NCBI GenBank assembly: GCA_963765795.1
Contig: CAVXXZ010000023.1
Span: forward strand, 8,031-72,030
Length of the DNA: 64,000 nucleotides
Direction of reading: 5' to 3'
DNA from: an uncultured Actinomycetes bacterium
GTDB taxonomy: Bacteria; Actinomycetota; Thermoleophilia; Gaiellales; Gaiellaceae
Both the position numbers and the translations under genes were made by a program. Below are positions 50,043 to 59,274 of the stretch, one piece after another (the first letter of the stretch is position 1; every line of letters starts with the position of its first letter). The notes under the pieces are model-generated. The model did not search any database. It was given only the letters and a program-made list of their open reading frames with translations, and was not told the origin of the DNA.

Positions 50043-50117
50043 TCGGGGCGGCGGGATTCGAACTCGCGACCTTTGGTCCCCCAGACCAACGCGCTAACCA
50101 GGCTGCGCCACGCCCCG
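50043..50117 (-). tRNA. tRNA-Pro (anticodon GGG)
   Basis: I folded the reverse complement by hand: acceptor CGGGGCG/CGCCCCG, D-arm GCGC-AGCCTGGTTA-GCGC, anticodon arm TTGGT-CTGGGGG-ACCAA, and T-arm GCGAG-TTCGAAT-CCCGC with one A:C mismatch. The discriminator is A and no CCA is encoded. Confidence 0.9.
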
Positions 50118-50167
50118 CGGCGACGGAAACCGTAGCTCACGGGACCTCGCGCGGACTGCCGGCTCGT

Positions 50168-51137
50168 ATGGGTGGCATGCGCAGACTCCTCGTACTCGCC
50201 ACCGCTCTCCTGCTCGTTCCGGCGGCGTCCGCCGCGCTCGTCGGCGAATCGGCCCGTCGCCATCGTCGCGGCCGAGACCGCAAACGAGGTTCTTGCGGTC
50301 TCGCTCGGGCCGGACGGAGGTCACGTGCTCAAGAGGGTTCGCCTCGAAGACCCTCTGATGGTCGCAGCGCCGCTCCATGGTCCGGCCGTCGTCCTCAATC
50401 CGCACGGGACCGTGACGCTGCTCGGCTGGCGCTCGCTGCGGCCGCTCAAGGTCTTCCACGGCTTCAGCGAGCCGCAGGTGGCGGGGATCGCCCCCGGCGA
50501 CCGGTTCGCCTACGTCGCGGACGGCGGCAGCGGCGAGATCTCGGTGATCGACCTCGCCAGGCGAAGGATCGTGGACCGCGTCTACGTCGGCCTGCGGGCG
50601 CATCACATGTCGTTCAGCCCGGACGGCCGTCGGCTCTGGATCGCGCTCGGCGAGGTGGCGACCACCGTCGTCCGGCTCGATACGTCGAATCTCCGGCGAC
50701 CGCACGTCGTCGGCCGCCTCCACCCGCGCTTCCCCGCGCACAGCATCGGCTTCGCACCGGACGGCCGTGCGGTCTGGGTCAGTTCGGCCCGAGTGCCCTA
50801 CGTGACGGTCTACAGCACCCGGACCGGCAAGGTTGTGAGAGTCCTGCGGGCTGCGCGGGCTCCGCAGGAGGTGGCCTTCTCGGGCGCGCGGGTGCTCGTC
50901 ACGAGCGGCTACGGCTCGTCCCTCCAGGCGTTCCTCTGGCGCACGTACCAGAGGCTCGGGCGTGTCCCGATGCCGTACGGCTCGTTCAACCTCGCCACCT
51001 TCGGCGGTCAGGTCGTGACCTCGTCCCTCTTCACCGGGCAGATCGTGGAGCTCGAAGCCGGGACGCTGCGGCGCTTCTGGACGACGAAGGTCGCGCCCGA
51101 GACGCGCTACGTCGCGATCTCGCTCTGGCCTGGCTAG
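50168..51137 (+). pseudogene. Secreted YVTN/YncE-like beta-propeller repeat protein, one frameshift
   Basis: The signal peptide (MGGMRRLLVLATALLLVPAASAALVGESA) is in the frame of ORF 50168. The body (RPVAIVAAETANEVLAVS...YVADGGSGEISVIDL...) is in the frame of ORF 50172..51137. The shift is near 50245. Confidence 0.6.
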
Positions 51138-52236
51138 CCGAGCTGGAGATCGGTGATCGGCGCTGCGCAGATCGGCATCAGGAACTTGCTCTTGTAGCAG
51201 CGACGTTTGGCGGTTGTCTGGAACACGACGTGCAGGTGTCCTGCGGAGCCTGCAAGCACGCGAATCGTCCCTTTCTCGACGACCGCGACCGCGATGGTGC
51301 GATCGCGCGTCTCGAACGCTTCGACCCCGCGGGGTAGGTCCTTGAGCGTCGGCCGCGATAGCAAGCCGTCCGTCGAGCCAGCCGATTCCGTGCGTGCTGT
51401 CACGCCAGAGCAACTTTCGGTGCGGGCCGACGAGGACGGTTCGGCGCAGCGTGTTAACGGCAAGCGCATCGCCGGTCGGGGCGAAGGCAAGCCGGATGGC
51501 GTCGCCTCCGTGCACGTCGACGACGCGTCGAGAGAGGTGGGCGAGGTCATACACAATCGGCTTTCCGCCCGCTCCGACATAGGCGAAGGCCAGCGAATCG
51601 GCACGCCACGAAGGCGTCGTCGGGAGCACCCGTGTATCGATCACCGTGTCGTGGGTCCCGTTCCCCCAGATGACGTGCAACGTGTACGGGAAACGGTGTG
51701 CCCGACGAACCACGTAGGCGATTCGCAACCCGTCCGGCGCCCAGGCGATCGCCACGACCTTCCCGCCGGCGGCATGGGACCAGGCGCGGCGTCCGTCAGG
51801 GGCCATCGCGACCAACGAGTTGCCGATTCCGGCGGCGACGTAGAGTGCGTGTGGCGACAGCGCGGCCGCACTGGCCGGCAGTCCTTGCAGCCGGAAGCCT
51901 CCGCGCGTGACAACCGAGAGTCGTCCGTTGACAATCGCCGCGATGCCGTGCGCTCCTCGTGGAAGCGTGAGCTGCGTGGGCGCCGGTGGCTCCTTCGGCT
52001 TCGTGCCGATGCTGACGTGAAGCGCCCCGGCCGCTCCGAGCGAGCCGGCGGCGATCACGAGCAGGACGACAGCCGCCGCGAAGGCGAGGACGGCGGCACG
52101 GACCCCGCGCCGGGGCGCCGCCACCGGATGCAGCGCGCGCAGCGCCCGGTGCAGCGCCTCCTCCCCCGCTCCCGGGTCGGGCTCCGGGGCCGCGGCGAAG
52201 CATCGCCTCGAGCCGCCGCTCGAGCTCACTCGACAT
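51134..52236 (-). pseudogene. Putative anti-sigma / membrane-anchored beta-propeller (TolB/PD40-like) protein, at least 2 frameshifts
   Basis: MSSELERRLEAM | AAAPEPDP..RAAVLAFAAAVVLLVIAAGSLG (TM helix) ..APDGRRAWSHAAGGKVVAIAWAPDGLRIAYV..WRADSLAFAYVG.. | LLSRPTLKDLPRGVEAFETRDRTIAVAVVEKG...*. The shifts are near 52198 and 51375. Confidence 0.5.
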
Positions 52237-52751
52237 GCTCGACCTCCAGCGACTCGCGCAGCTGCTCGAGCGCGCGCGCGAGGCGGGAGTTGACGGTGCC
52301 GACCGGGAGATCGAGCGCTTCGGCGATCTGCTTCGGCGTCATCCCGACTCCGTAGCGCAGGACGACGACGACGCGCCGCTCGAGCGAGAGATCGGCCACC
52401 GCGGAGAGAAGGCTCGCGGTCTCCCGCCGCATGTGCAGGCGCGGGATCGGGCGTGTCGGGCAGCTCCTCGTCGGAGAGGCGGCGTTCCGCCCGCAGCAGG
52501 TCGAGCGCGCGGTTCGCGACGATCCGGTGCAGCCACGGGCCGAACGGGCGGCGGTCGTCGAAGCGTCCCAGCGCGGCGAAGGCGCGCTCGAACCCGTCCG
52601 CGGCCACGTCGTCCGCAAGGGAGCGCCGCCCGGTGATCGCGAAGGCAGCGCGCCAGGCATCGCGCCAGTAGCGGCGAAAGAGCGCGGCCGCGGCTTCGCG
52701 GTCGCCGCGACGCGCCCGCCGCACGAGATCTCGGTCACTCGGTTCACGCAC
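52226..52751 (-). pseudogene. ECF sigma factor, one frameshift
   Basis: Region 2 (DREAAAALFRRYWRDAWRAAFAITGRRSLADDVAADGFERAF...PFGPWLHRIVANRALDLLR) is in the frame of the 885-aa ORF. Region 4 (LSLERRVVVVLRYGVGMTPKQIAEALDLPVGTVNSRLARAL) is in ORF 52226..52747. The shift is near 52420. Confidence 0.7.
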
Positions 52752-52782
52752 TCCTCTGCAGTCTTGTACGCATGAGCGGCGT

Positions 52783-53055
52783 TTGCACGTCCCGCGAATT
52801 GGAATAGTCCCCGATGTGACGGACTGGCAGGAGCAGGACGACGCGCTCGTGCGGGAGTTCGAGCTGCCCTCGTTCCCTGCCGCGATCTCCTTCGTCGACC
52901 GGCTTGCGGAGCTGGCGGAGAGCGAGGATCATCACCCGGACATCGACATTCGGTACCGCAGAGTCACCGTTCGCTGGACGACGCATTCCGAGGGCGGGAT
53001 CACCGAGAAGGATCGCGAAATGGCGGAGCGGACCTCCGCCCTTGCCGCCGCGTAG
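52783..53055 (+). CDS. Pterin-4-alpha-carbinolamine dehydratase
   Basis: PCD signature ESEDHHPDIDIRYRRVTVRWTTH. The start is TTG 52783 or GTG 52816. Confidence 0.8.
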   Translation: MHVPRIGIVPDVTDWQEQDDALVREFELPSFPAAISFVDRLAELAESEDHHPDIDIRYRRVTVRWTTHSEGGITEKDREMAERTSALAAA

Positions 53056-53194
53056 CGCGCAATCGCGTCGGTAGAAGGTAAGACCTTGCCCGCGCCGGAC
53101 ACTAATCCTGATGTGAGCGCATTGGCGGCAGGCCCCCGGCCTCGAGGAGTGGTACCTCGACCTGCACGCGGAAGGCGCCCGCGGCGAGGAGGCG

Positions 53195-53737
53195 GTGGCG
53201 CATCTCCACGGGCTGCTCCTGCGGGCCGCCCGCTTCGAGGTGTTCCGGCGGCGCGGCTCTCTCCCCCAGCTCTCTGCGGTCGAGCTGGACGAGCTCGCCC
53301 AGGATGCCGCCGACGACGCCGCGGTCTCGGTTCTGCGCCGGCTCGACGACTTTCGCGGCGAGAGCAGCTTCCGGACGTGGGCGTACAAGTTCGCGCTGCT
53401 CGAGGCGGCCGTGAAGGTGCGCCGCCGCGCCTGGCGGGACCGCGAGGTGACCCTCGAGCCCGAGCACTGGGAGAGCCTCGCCCACGCGGGGCCCGGCCCG
53501 GACGACGACGCGGAGTACGGCGAGCTGCTCGAAGCCGTCCGCGAAGGGATCCGGACGGCGCTGACGCCGCGGCAGCGGCAGGTTCTCGTCGCGGCCGTGC
53601 TCGAAGGTGTGCCCATCGACGTGCTCGCGGAGCGCCTCGGCTCGAACCGGAACGCGCTCTACAAGCTGCTTCACGACGCGCGGCGGCGCCTGCGGGCCCA
53701 TGTCGCCGACGCTGGATTCCCGGAGGTGAACGAATGA
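53195..53737 (+). CDS. ECF-type sigma-70 family factor
   Basis: Region 2 (AQDAADDAAVSVLRRLDDFRGESSFRTWAYKFAL) and region 4 (LTPRQRQVLVAAVLEGVPIDVLAERLGSNRNALYKLLHDARRRL). In-frame sequence upstream (EEWYLDLHAEGARGEEA) has no start codon. The true N-terminus may begin at GTG 53113 in another frame, which would be one more frameshift. Confidence 0.75.
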   Translation: MAHLHGLLLRAARFEVFRRRGSLPQLSAVELDELAQDAADDAAVSVLRRLDDFRGESSFRTWAYKFALLEAAVKVRRRAWRDREVTLEPEHWESLAHAGPGPDDDAEYGELLEAVREGIRTALTPRQRQVLVAAVLEGVPIDVLAERLGSNRNALYKLLHDARRRLRAHVADAGFPEVNE

Positions 53738-53967
53738 CCGGTCGCGACCTAGATCCGACTCTCAAGCGCCTGCTCGGCAGCGGCGAGCCGGAGATCGGCT
53801 GCGACGAGTGCTTCGCGCAGCTCGACCGGTACGTCGAGCTCGAGCTCGCAGGCGCTCCCGCCGACGAGCTCGTCCCGGGCCTGCGGGCCCACCTCGTCGG
53901 CTGTCCCGCGTGCGCAGAGGAGCACGAGAGTTTGCGCGCACTGCTCGAGCTGGACTCTGTCTCCTGA
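53734..53967 (+). CDS. Putative zinc-finger (zf-HC2-like) anti-sigma factor
   Basis: A 77-aa protein with CDECF...H..GCPAC. The ATG overlaps the sigma-factor stop (ATGA). Confidence 0.6.
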   Translation: MTGRDLDPTLKRLLGSGEPEIGCDECFAQLDRYVELELAGAPADELVPGLRAHLVGCPACAEEHESLRALLELDSVS

Positions 53968-53995
53968 ATGCGTGTCTCCTGAAGAGAGGGCTGAG

Positions 53996-55135
53996 ATGAA
54001 CACGACCAAATACCTGATCGTCGGCGCCGGCATGACCGGCGACATGGCGGCAAAGGGCATCCGCGAGCACGACTCCGAAGGCTCGATCACGATGATCGGC
54101 GCCGATCCGCACCCCACGTACAAGCGGCCGCTGCTGACGAAGGGCCTGTGGCAGGGTGCGCCCGAGGAGAAGATCTGGCGCGAGGCTGCCGAGGGCGTCG
54201 AGCTCGTCACCGGTCGCCGCGTCGTCTCGCTCGACCTCGCGGCGCACACCGCGACCGACGACGCGGGCGAGGAGTACCGGTGGGAGAAGCTCCTGCTCGC
54301 CACCGGCGCGAAGCCGCGCGAGATTCCCGGCGCCGAAGGCGTCATCTGGTACCGCACCCTCGACGACTACCGCCGCCTGCGGGAGATCGCTCCCGAGGGG
54401 TCGCACGTCGTCGTGATCGGCGGCGGGTTCATCGGCTCGGAGATCGCGGCCGGTCTCGTCAACAACGGCCGCCGCGTCACGATGCTCTTCCCTGACCCGG
54501 GGATCGGCTTCCGCCTCTTCCCGCTCGGCCTCTCGCAGTTCGTGGCGGAGTACTACCGGGAGAAGGGTGTCGACGTGCGCACGGAGGAGCTGGTCGCAGC
54601 GGCATCGGGCAACCGGGTCGAGACGGAGTCCGGTCTCACGCTCGATGCGGACGCGGTCGTCGCCGGATTGGGCGTGATCCCGGACACCGAGCTCGCCGAA
54701 TCCGCCGGACTCGAGACCGCCGACGGAATCGTCGTCGACGAGTACGGGCGCGTACCCGGGCACGAGGACGTCTTCGCCGCCGGCGATGTCGCTCGGTTCC
54801 CCGTCCGCGCGCTCGGTACGACGATGCGGATCGAGCACGAGGATCACGCGAACTCGCACGGCAAGGCCGTGGGCGCGAACATGGCCGGCGCGGCCGCTCC
54901 GTACGACCACCTGCCGTTCTTCTACTCCGACCTCTTCGACCTCGGCTACGAGGCGGTCGGGCAGGTCGACTCCCGCCTCGAGGTGGTCGAGGACTGGCAG
55001 GAGCCGAACCGCAAGGGCGTCGTCACGTACGTCGAGGACGGCAAGCCACGCGGCGTGCTGCTCTGGAACGTGTGGGACAAGCTCGACGACGCACGCGAGC
55101 TGATCCGGGCCGGAGAGGGAGCCCTTGCCGTCTAG
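53996..55135 (+). CDS. FAD-dependent pyridine nucleotide-disulfide oxidoreductase (ferredoxin-reductase/AIF-like)
   Basis: Two Rossmann motifs (YLIVGAGMTG, VVVIGGGFIGSE). ATG 53996 follows the SD GAGAGGG; the ORF is open from GTG 53972. Confidence 0.8.
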   Translation: MNTTKYLIVGAGMTGDMAAKGIREHDSEGSITMIGADPHPTYKRPLLTKGLWQGAPEEKIWREAAEGVELVTGRRVVSLDLAAHTATDDAGEEYRWEKLLLATGAKPREIPGAEGVIWYRTLDDYRRLREIAPEGSHVVVIGGGFIGSEIAAGLVNNGRRVTMLFPDPGIGFRLFPLGLSQFVAEYYREKGVDVRTEELVAAASGNRVETESGLTLDADAVVAGLGVIPDTELAESAGLETADGIVVDEYGRVPGHEDVFAAGDVARFPVRALGTTMRIEHEDHANSHGKAVGANMAGAAAPYDHLPFFYSDLFDLGYEAVGQVDSRLEVVEDWQEPNRKGVVTYVEDGKPRGVLLWNVWDKLDDARELIRAGEGALAV

Positions 55136-55876
55136 CGCCCTCGCCCGGTCGCGCAAGCCGCGGCGCGGGACGGAGCTCGTGTGCGAGAAGGTCTTCCGGC
55201 CGCTCGCGCACCCGCTCGTCCTCCTCTTCGCGCGCCTCCGCGTGCCGCCGCCGCTCGTCGTCGTTGCCGCGGGCGGGGCCGGCCTGGCGGCCGCTGTCGA
55301 GCTCGGGCGCGGCTCGTTGCTCGCCGCCGCGCTCCTCGTCCAGCTGAAGACGCTGCTCGACAACGCGGACGGCCAGCTCGCGCGTCTCACCGGCCGGACG
55401 AGCGCCTTCGGCCGGTACCTGGACTCCGAGGTCGACCTGCTCGTGAACGCGGCGCTGTTCGCGGCGCTCGGCTGGACGACCGGGCAGCCGGCGCTCGCAC
55501 TCGCCGGCTTCTTCGCGCTCACAAGCGTGCTCAGCCTCAACTTCAACGCCGAGCGGCTGTCGCGTGCCGCCTCCGCCGAGCCCGAGGCGGAGGGACGCGG
55601 GACGGCGCTTCTGCGCCGGGTCTACGGCCTCGTCTACGCGCCGCAGGACCGGCTTGCGGAGTCTCTCGTCGCACGGCGGCCTGCGCTGACGAGCCCGGCT
55701 GCGGTCTCGCTCCTCGCGAATCTCGGCATGTCGACGCAGCTCGCCGCGTTTGGGCTCCTGATGGCACTCGGACATCCGCTCGCCTTCGCCTGGGTCGCCC
55801 TGGCGGAGGTCGCCGTAATCGCGCTCGCGCTCCTGCCGCGGCGCGCGCCCAGAAGACAGGAGGAAGATCGCGTGAG
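55125..55876 (+). CDS. Second CDP-alcohol phosphatidyltransferase family protein (3' end frame uncertain)
   Basis: Motif DNADGQLARLTGRTSAFGRYLDSEVD. The main frame has no stop before 56492. A TGA at 55874-55876 forms a GTGA junction with folE but is in another frame, implying an indel near 55840. Confidence 0.6.
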
Positions 55877-56500
55877 CAGCAACGTCTTCGAGCTTCCCGC
55901 CACGATGCCGAGGAGGCCCGCGACCTCACTCCGGCGGACTGGGCACGTCTCGAGCGCAACGCGGCCGAGATCTTCGAGGCACTCGGCCTCGACCTCGACA
56001 CGCCTGGCACGCGCGACACGCCGCGGCGGTTCGTGCGGGCGCTCTTCGACGCGACCGCCGGCTACGACGGCGATCCGAAGCTGCGCACGGTGTTCCCGAC
56101 GGAGCGGCCCGAGGGCGTCGAGGGGCGCCACGCGCAGATCGTCGAGGGCCCTGTCGGCTTCTACGCGCTCTGCGAGCACCACGCGCTGCCGTTCCACGGT
56201 CGTGCGTACATCGGCTATGTCGCCGGCGACGAGATCCTCGGCATCTCGAAGCTCACGCGCCTGGTGCGCCTCTACGCGCGCCGGTTCACGGTGCAGGAGC
56301 GGCTGGCCGAGGAGATCGCGGACGGGCTGCGCGAGCTTGCAGGCGCCCGCGGCGTCGCGGTCAGGCTCGAGGCGGCGCACATGTGCACCGCGATGCGCGG
56401 CGTCGAGGAGGACGGCTCGGTCACCGTCACGACGGTCTGGCGCGGCCTGTACGACGAGGACGAGTCTCTGCGCTCGGAGTTCCTTAGTCTGACCCGGTGA
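55873..56500 (+). pseudogene. folE: GTP cyclohydrolase I (FolE type), frameshift in the first ~12 codons
   Basis: SD AGGAGGAAG, then GTG 55873 (VSSNVFELPAT). The frame changes near 55905 to HDAEEARDLTPADWARLERNAAEIFEALGLD...ALCEHHALPFHG...RLEAAHMCTAMRGV. Confidence 0.8.
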
Positions 56501-57309
56501 TCGAACCGTTCACGGTCCTCTCGGAAGACGAGGACCTGCCCCGCTGGGACGTGCCGGAGGAGCTCGCCGCGCTCTACGGCGGCGCGATCGGCCTCGACGA
56601 GCCGTGCGTCGTCGCGAACTTCGTCGAGTCTCTCGACGGCGTCGTGGCGGTGCCGCGGCTGCCGCGCTCGCACGCGGTGATCGGCGACGACAGCGAGGCG
56701 GACCGGTTCGTGCTCGCGCTCGTGCGCGCCTGCGCCGATGCGGTCGTCGTCGGCTCGGGCACGCTGCTCGCCTCACCGAAGGGGACGTGGCGGATCGACC
56801 GCGCGTATCCGCCCGCCGCGGACGCGCTGGCCGAGCTGCGGGCTCGGCGCGGCCGCTCGGAGCAGCCGCTCGTGGTAGTCGTCACCACCGGCGCCTCGCT
56901 CGATCCGGCCCACCCGGTGCTCGAGTCGGGTGCGCTCGTGCTCACGACCGATGAAGCCGCGTCGCGCCTGCGGGCGGCGGTTCCCGGGGCGACCGAGGTG
57001 CTGGCGGTGAACGACGGCGAGACGGTCGACCTCGCGCGCGCGTTGGAGGTGCTGCGCGACCGCGGCTGCCCCGTCGTGCTCACGGAAGCAGGCCCGACGA
57101 TGTTCGGCTCGCTTGTCGCCTCGCAGCTCGTGGACGAGCTCTTCCTCACGATCTCCCCCGTCCTCGCCGGCCGCGCTGCAACCGCCCGGCTCGGCCTCGT
57201 CGAAGGCGTCGAGCTCGTCCCGCAGACGCGAGTGGCCGGCCGGCTCCGCTCGGTGCGGGCGCACGGCTCGCACCTCTTCCTCCGCTACGAGCTGGGCCGG
57301 TTGAGCTGA
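56497..57309 (+). CDS. RibD C-terminal (dihydrofolate-reductase-like) domain protein
   Basis: ANFVESLDGVVA...VVVGSGTL...VVLTEAGPTMFGSLVASQLVDELFLTISPVLAG. The GTG overlaps the folE stop. Confidence 0.75.
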   Translation: MIEPFTVLSEDEDLPRWDVPEELAALYGGAIGLDEPCVVANFVESLDGVVAVPRLPRSHAVIGDDSEADRFVLALVRACADAVVVGSGTLLASPKGTWRIDRAYPPAADALAELRARRGRSEQPLVVVVTTGASLDPAHPVLESGALVLTTDEAASRLRAAVPGATEVLAVNDGETVDLARALEVLRDRGCPVVLTEAGPTMFGSLVASQLVDELFLTISPVLAGRAATARLGLVEGVELVPQTRVAGRLRSVRAHGSHLFLRYELGRLS

Positions 57310-57593
57310 CGGTAGAGGCGGTCGATCAGTGCCGGCATCGCCTCGAGCCGGTCCGTGATCATCCGCAGCCGGTACTCGCGGAAGTGCTCCGGCTCGACCT
57401 CGAGCGCGCCGGCCAGCGTGGCCACGACGTCGTTCGAGGGAACGGGACGGTTCCCGTGCACGAGGTGGTTGAGGTAGCCGGCGGAAAGGCCCGTGCGCCC
57501 CGCGAGCTGCCGGTACGTGACACCCTGCTCGTCCATCAGGCGCTGGACGGTCTCGCCGAATCCTTCCTCGCTGAATCGGCGTCGCTTTGCCAC
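57285..57593 (-). CDS. XRE-family helix-turn-helix regulator
   Basis: HTH TYRQLAGRTGLSAGYLNHLVHGNRPVPS. It lies 3 nt downstream of proS on the same strand. Confidence 0.75.
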   Translation of the reverse strand: MAKRRRFSEEGFGETVQRLMDEQGVTYRQLAGRTGLSAGYLNHLVHGNRPVPSNDVVATLAGALEVEPEHFREYRLRMITDRLEAMPALIDRLYRQLNRPSS

Positions 57594-57596
57594 TAC

Positions 57597-59256
57597 CTAG
57601 GTCTCCTTGCCGAGATCGGCAACATCTAATCGGTTCTCGGCGCCGCTTGCGCGATCCCGTACGTCGACCTTGCCGTCCTCGAGGCTCTTCCGGCCCGCCG
57701 TGATGCGGGTCGGGCAGCCGATCAGGTCGGCGTCGGCGAACTTCTCCCCCGCCCTCTGGTCGCGGTCGTCGAGGAGGACGTCGAGCCCGGCCGCCGAGAG
57801 CGCCTCGGCGGCCTGCAGTGCGATCTCCTCGGCCCCGGGAAGCACGACGACGTGCGCGTCGTACGGCGCGACCGCCTTCGGCCACACGATCCCGTTCTCG
57901 TCGTGCGACTGCTCGACGACCGCGGCCATCGTGCGCGCGAGGCCGATGCCGTAGCTGCCCATGACGAGCGGCTTCTCCCTCCCGTCCTCGTCCAGAAACG
58001 TCGCGCCGAACGCCTTCGAGTGGAAGGTGCCGAGCTTGAAGATGTGGCCGACCTCGATCGCCGTCTGCACGCGGAGCGTGCCGCCGCACTCCGGGCACGC
58101 GTCACCGTCCTTGGCCTGGCGGATGTCGGCGAACGTCGGCTCGTAGTCGCGCCCGGCCTGGACGCCGCGGAGATGGCGCCCGTCCTCGTTCGCGCCGGCC
58201 ACGTACTGGCCCTCGCGGAGCGCGTCGTCGGCGATCACCTCGACCTCGACCCCGACAGGCCCGAGCGAGCCTCCGCCGGCCCCGAAGGCGGCGCGGATCT
58301 CGTCGTCCGTAGCGGGACGGAATGCCGCCTCGAACAAGGTCTCGAGCTTCTCGGGGCTGAGCCTGTCGTCTCCGCGCACGAGCGCGAGCACCAGCCGGTC
58401 GCCGGTGACGATCGGGAGCGCCTTCGAGGTGGCGGACTCCGCGATCCCGAGCAGGTTCGCGACGTCCTCGATCGTGGTCACGCCCGGCGTGTCGACGGCC
58501 TCGGGCGCATCGAGCGGCGGCGGCAGGTCGGGCGGCGGCGGCGCGCCGCGCGCAGCCTCGGCGTCGGCGAAGTAGTCGCCGTTCTCGCAGCGCATCAGCT
58601 CGTTCTCGCCCGAGCCGGTCGGAGCGAGGTAGCCGAGCGAGCTCTTGCCGCCCATGACCCCCGACTCCGCCTCGACGAGGTACGCCTCGAGCCCGCAGCG
58701 CTCGAAGATCCGCGCATACGCCTTCTCGTGCCGGTCGAAGGCCGCGTCGAGCCCGGCCTCGTCGGCGTCGAAGGTGTACGAGTCCTTCATGATGAACTCG
58801 CGGAGGCGCAGGAGACCGCCGCGCGGGCCGCGGCTCGTCCCGATCCTTGGTCGAGAAGTGGTACCAGACCTGCGGCAGCTGCTTGTACGACTGGATCTCG
58901 CGCGCGAGGAACGTCATCGACTCCTCGTGCGTCCACGAGAGCACGAACGGCCGGCCGCCGCTGTCGTTCAGGTGGAAGAGGATCGGGACATCGATGCGGC
59001 CGGTCGTCTCCCAGAGCTCGGCCGGCGTCAGCGTCGGAGCGCGCATCTCCTGGCCGCCGATCGCGTTGATCTCCTCGCGGATGATCTGCTCGATCCGCAT
59101 GTGCACGCGCCAGCCGAGCGGCAGCATCGCCCACAGGCCGGCCCCGATCTGGCGGATGAAGCCGCCGCGCACGAGCAGCTGGTGCGAGGCAGCCTCCGCG
59201 TCGGCGGGCGCGTCGCGCAGGGTCGGCAGGAAGAGCTGTGAGGCTCGGGCGATCAT
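57597..59256 (-). pseudogene. proS: Prolyl-tRNA synthetase (bacterial type with INS editing domain), single frameshift that is probably an assembly indel
   Basis: The N-terminal 146 aa (MIARASQLFLPTLRDAP...QVWYHFSTKDRDEPRP) are in the frame of ORF 58102..59256. The rest (..[16 protein letters not shown]...) is in ORF 57597..58790. Removing one C from the CCC run (plus-strand GGG at 58825-58827) restores [19 protein letters not shown]. Confidence 0.9.
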
Positions 59257-59274
59257 CGGTGTTGTCGCCCTAGG

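Noticed and set aside
50094-52751. An 885-aa minus-strand ORF spanning the ECF sigma, the propeller protein, the antisense of the YVTN gene and the tRNA-Pro.
   Set aside because: It is a composite. Only the first ~115 aa (ECF region 2) and a middle block (TM helix plus PD40-like repeats) look like protein. The rest is Arg/Asp/Pro-rich, and the ORF runs across a tRNA gene. I split it into separate frameshifted genes instead.
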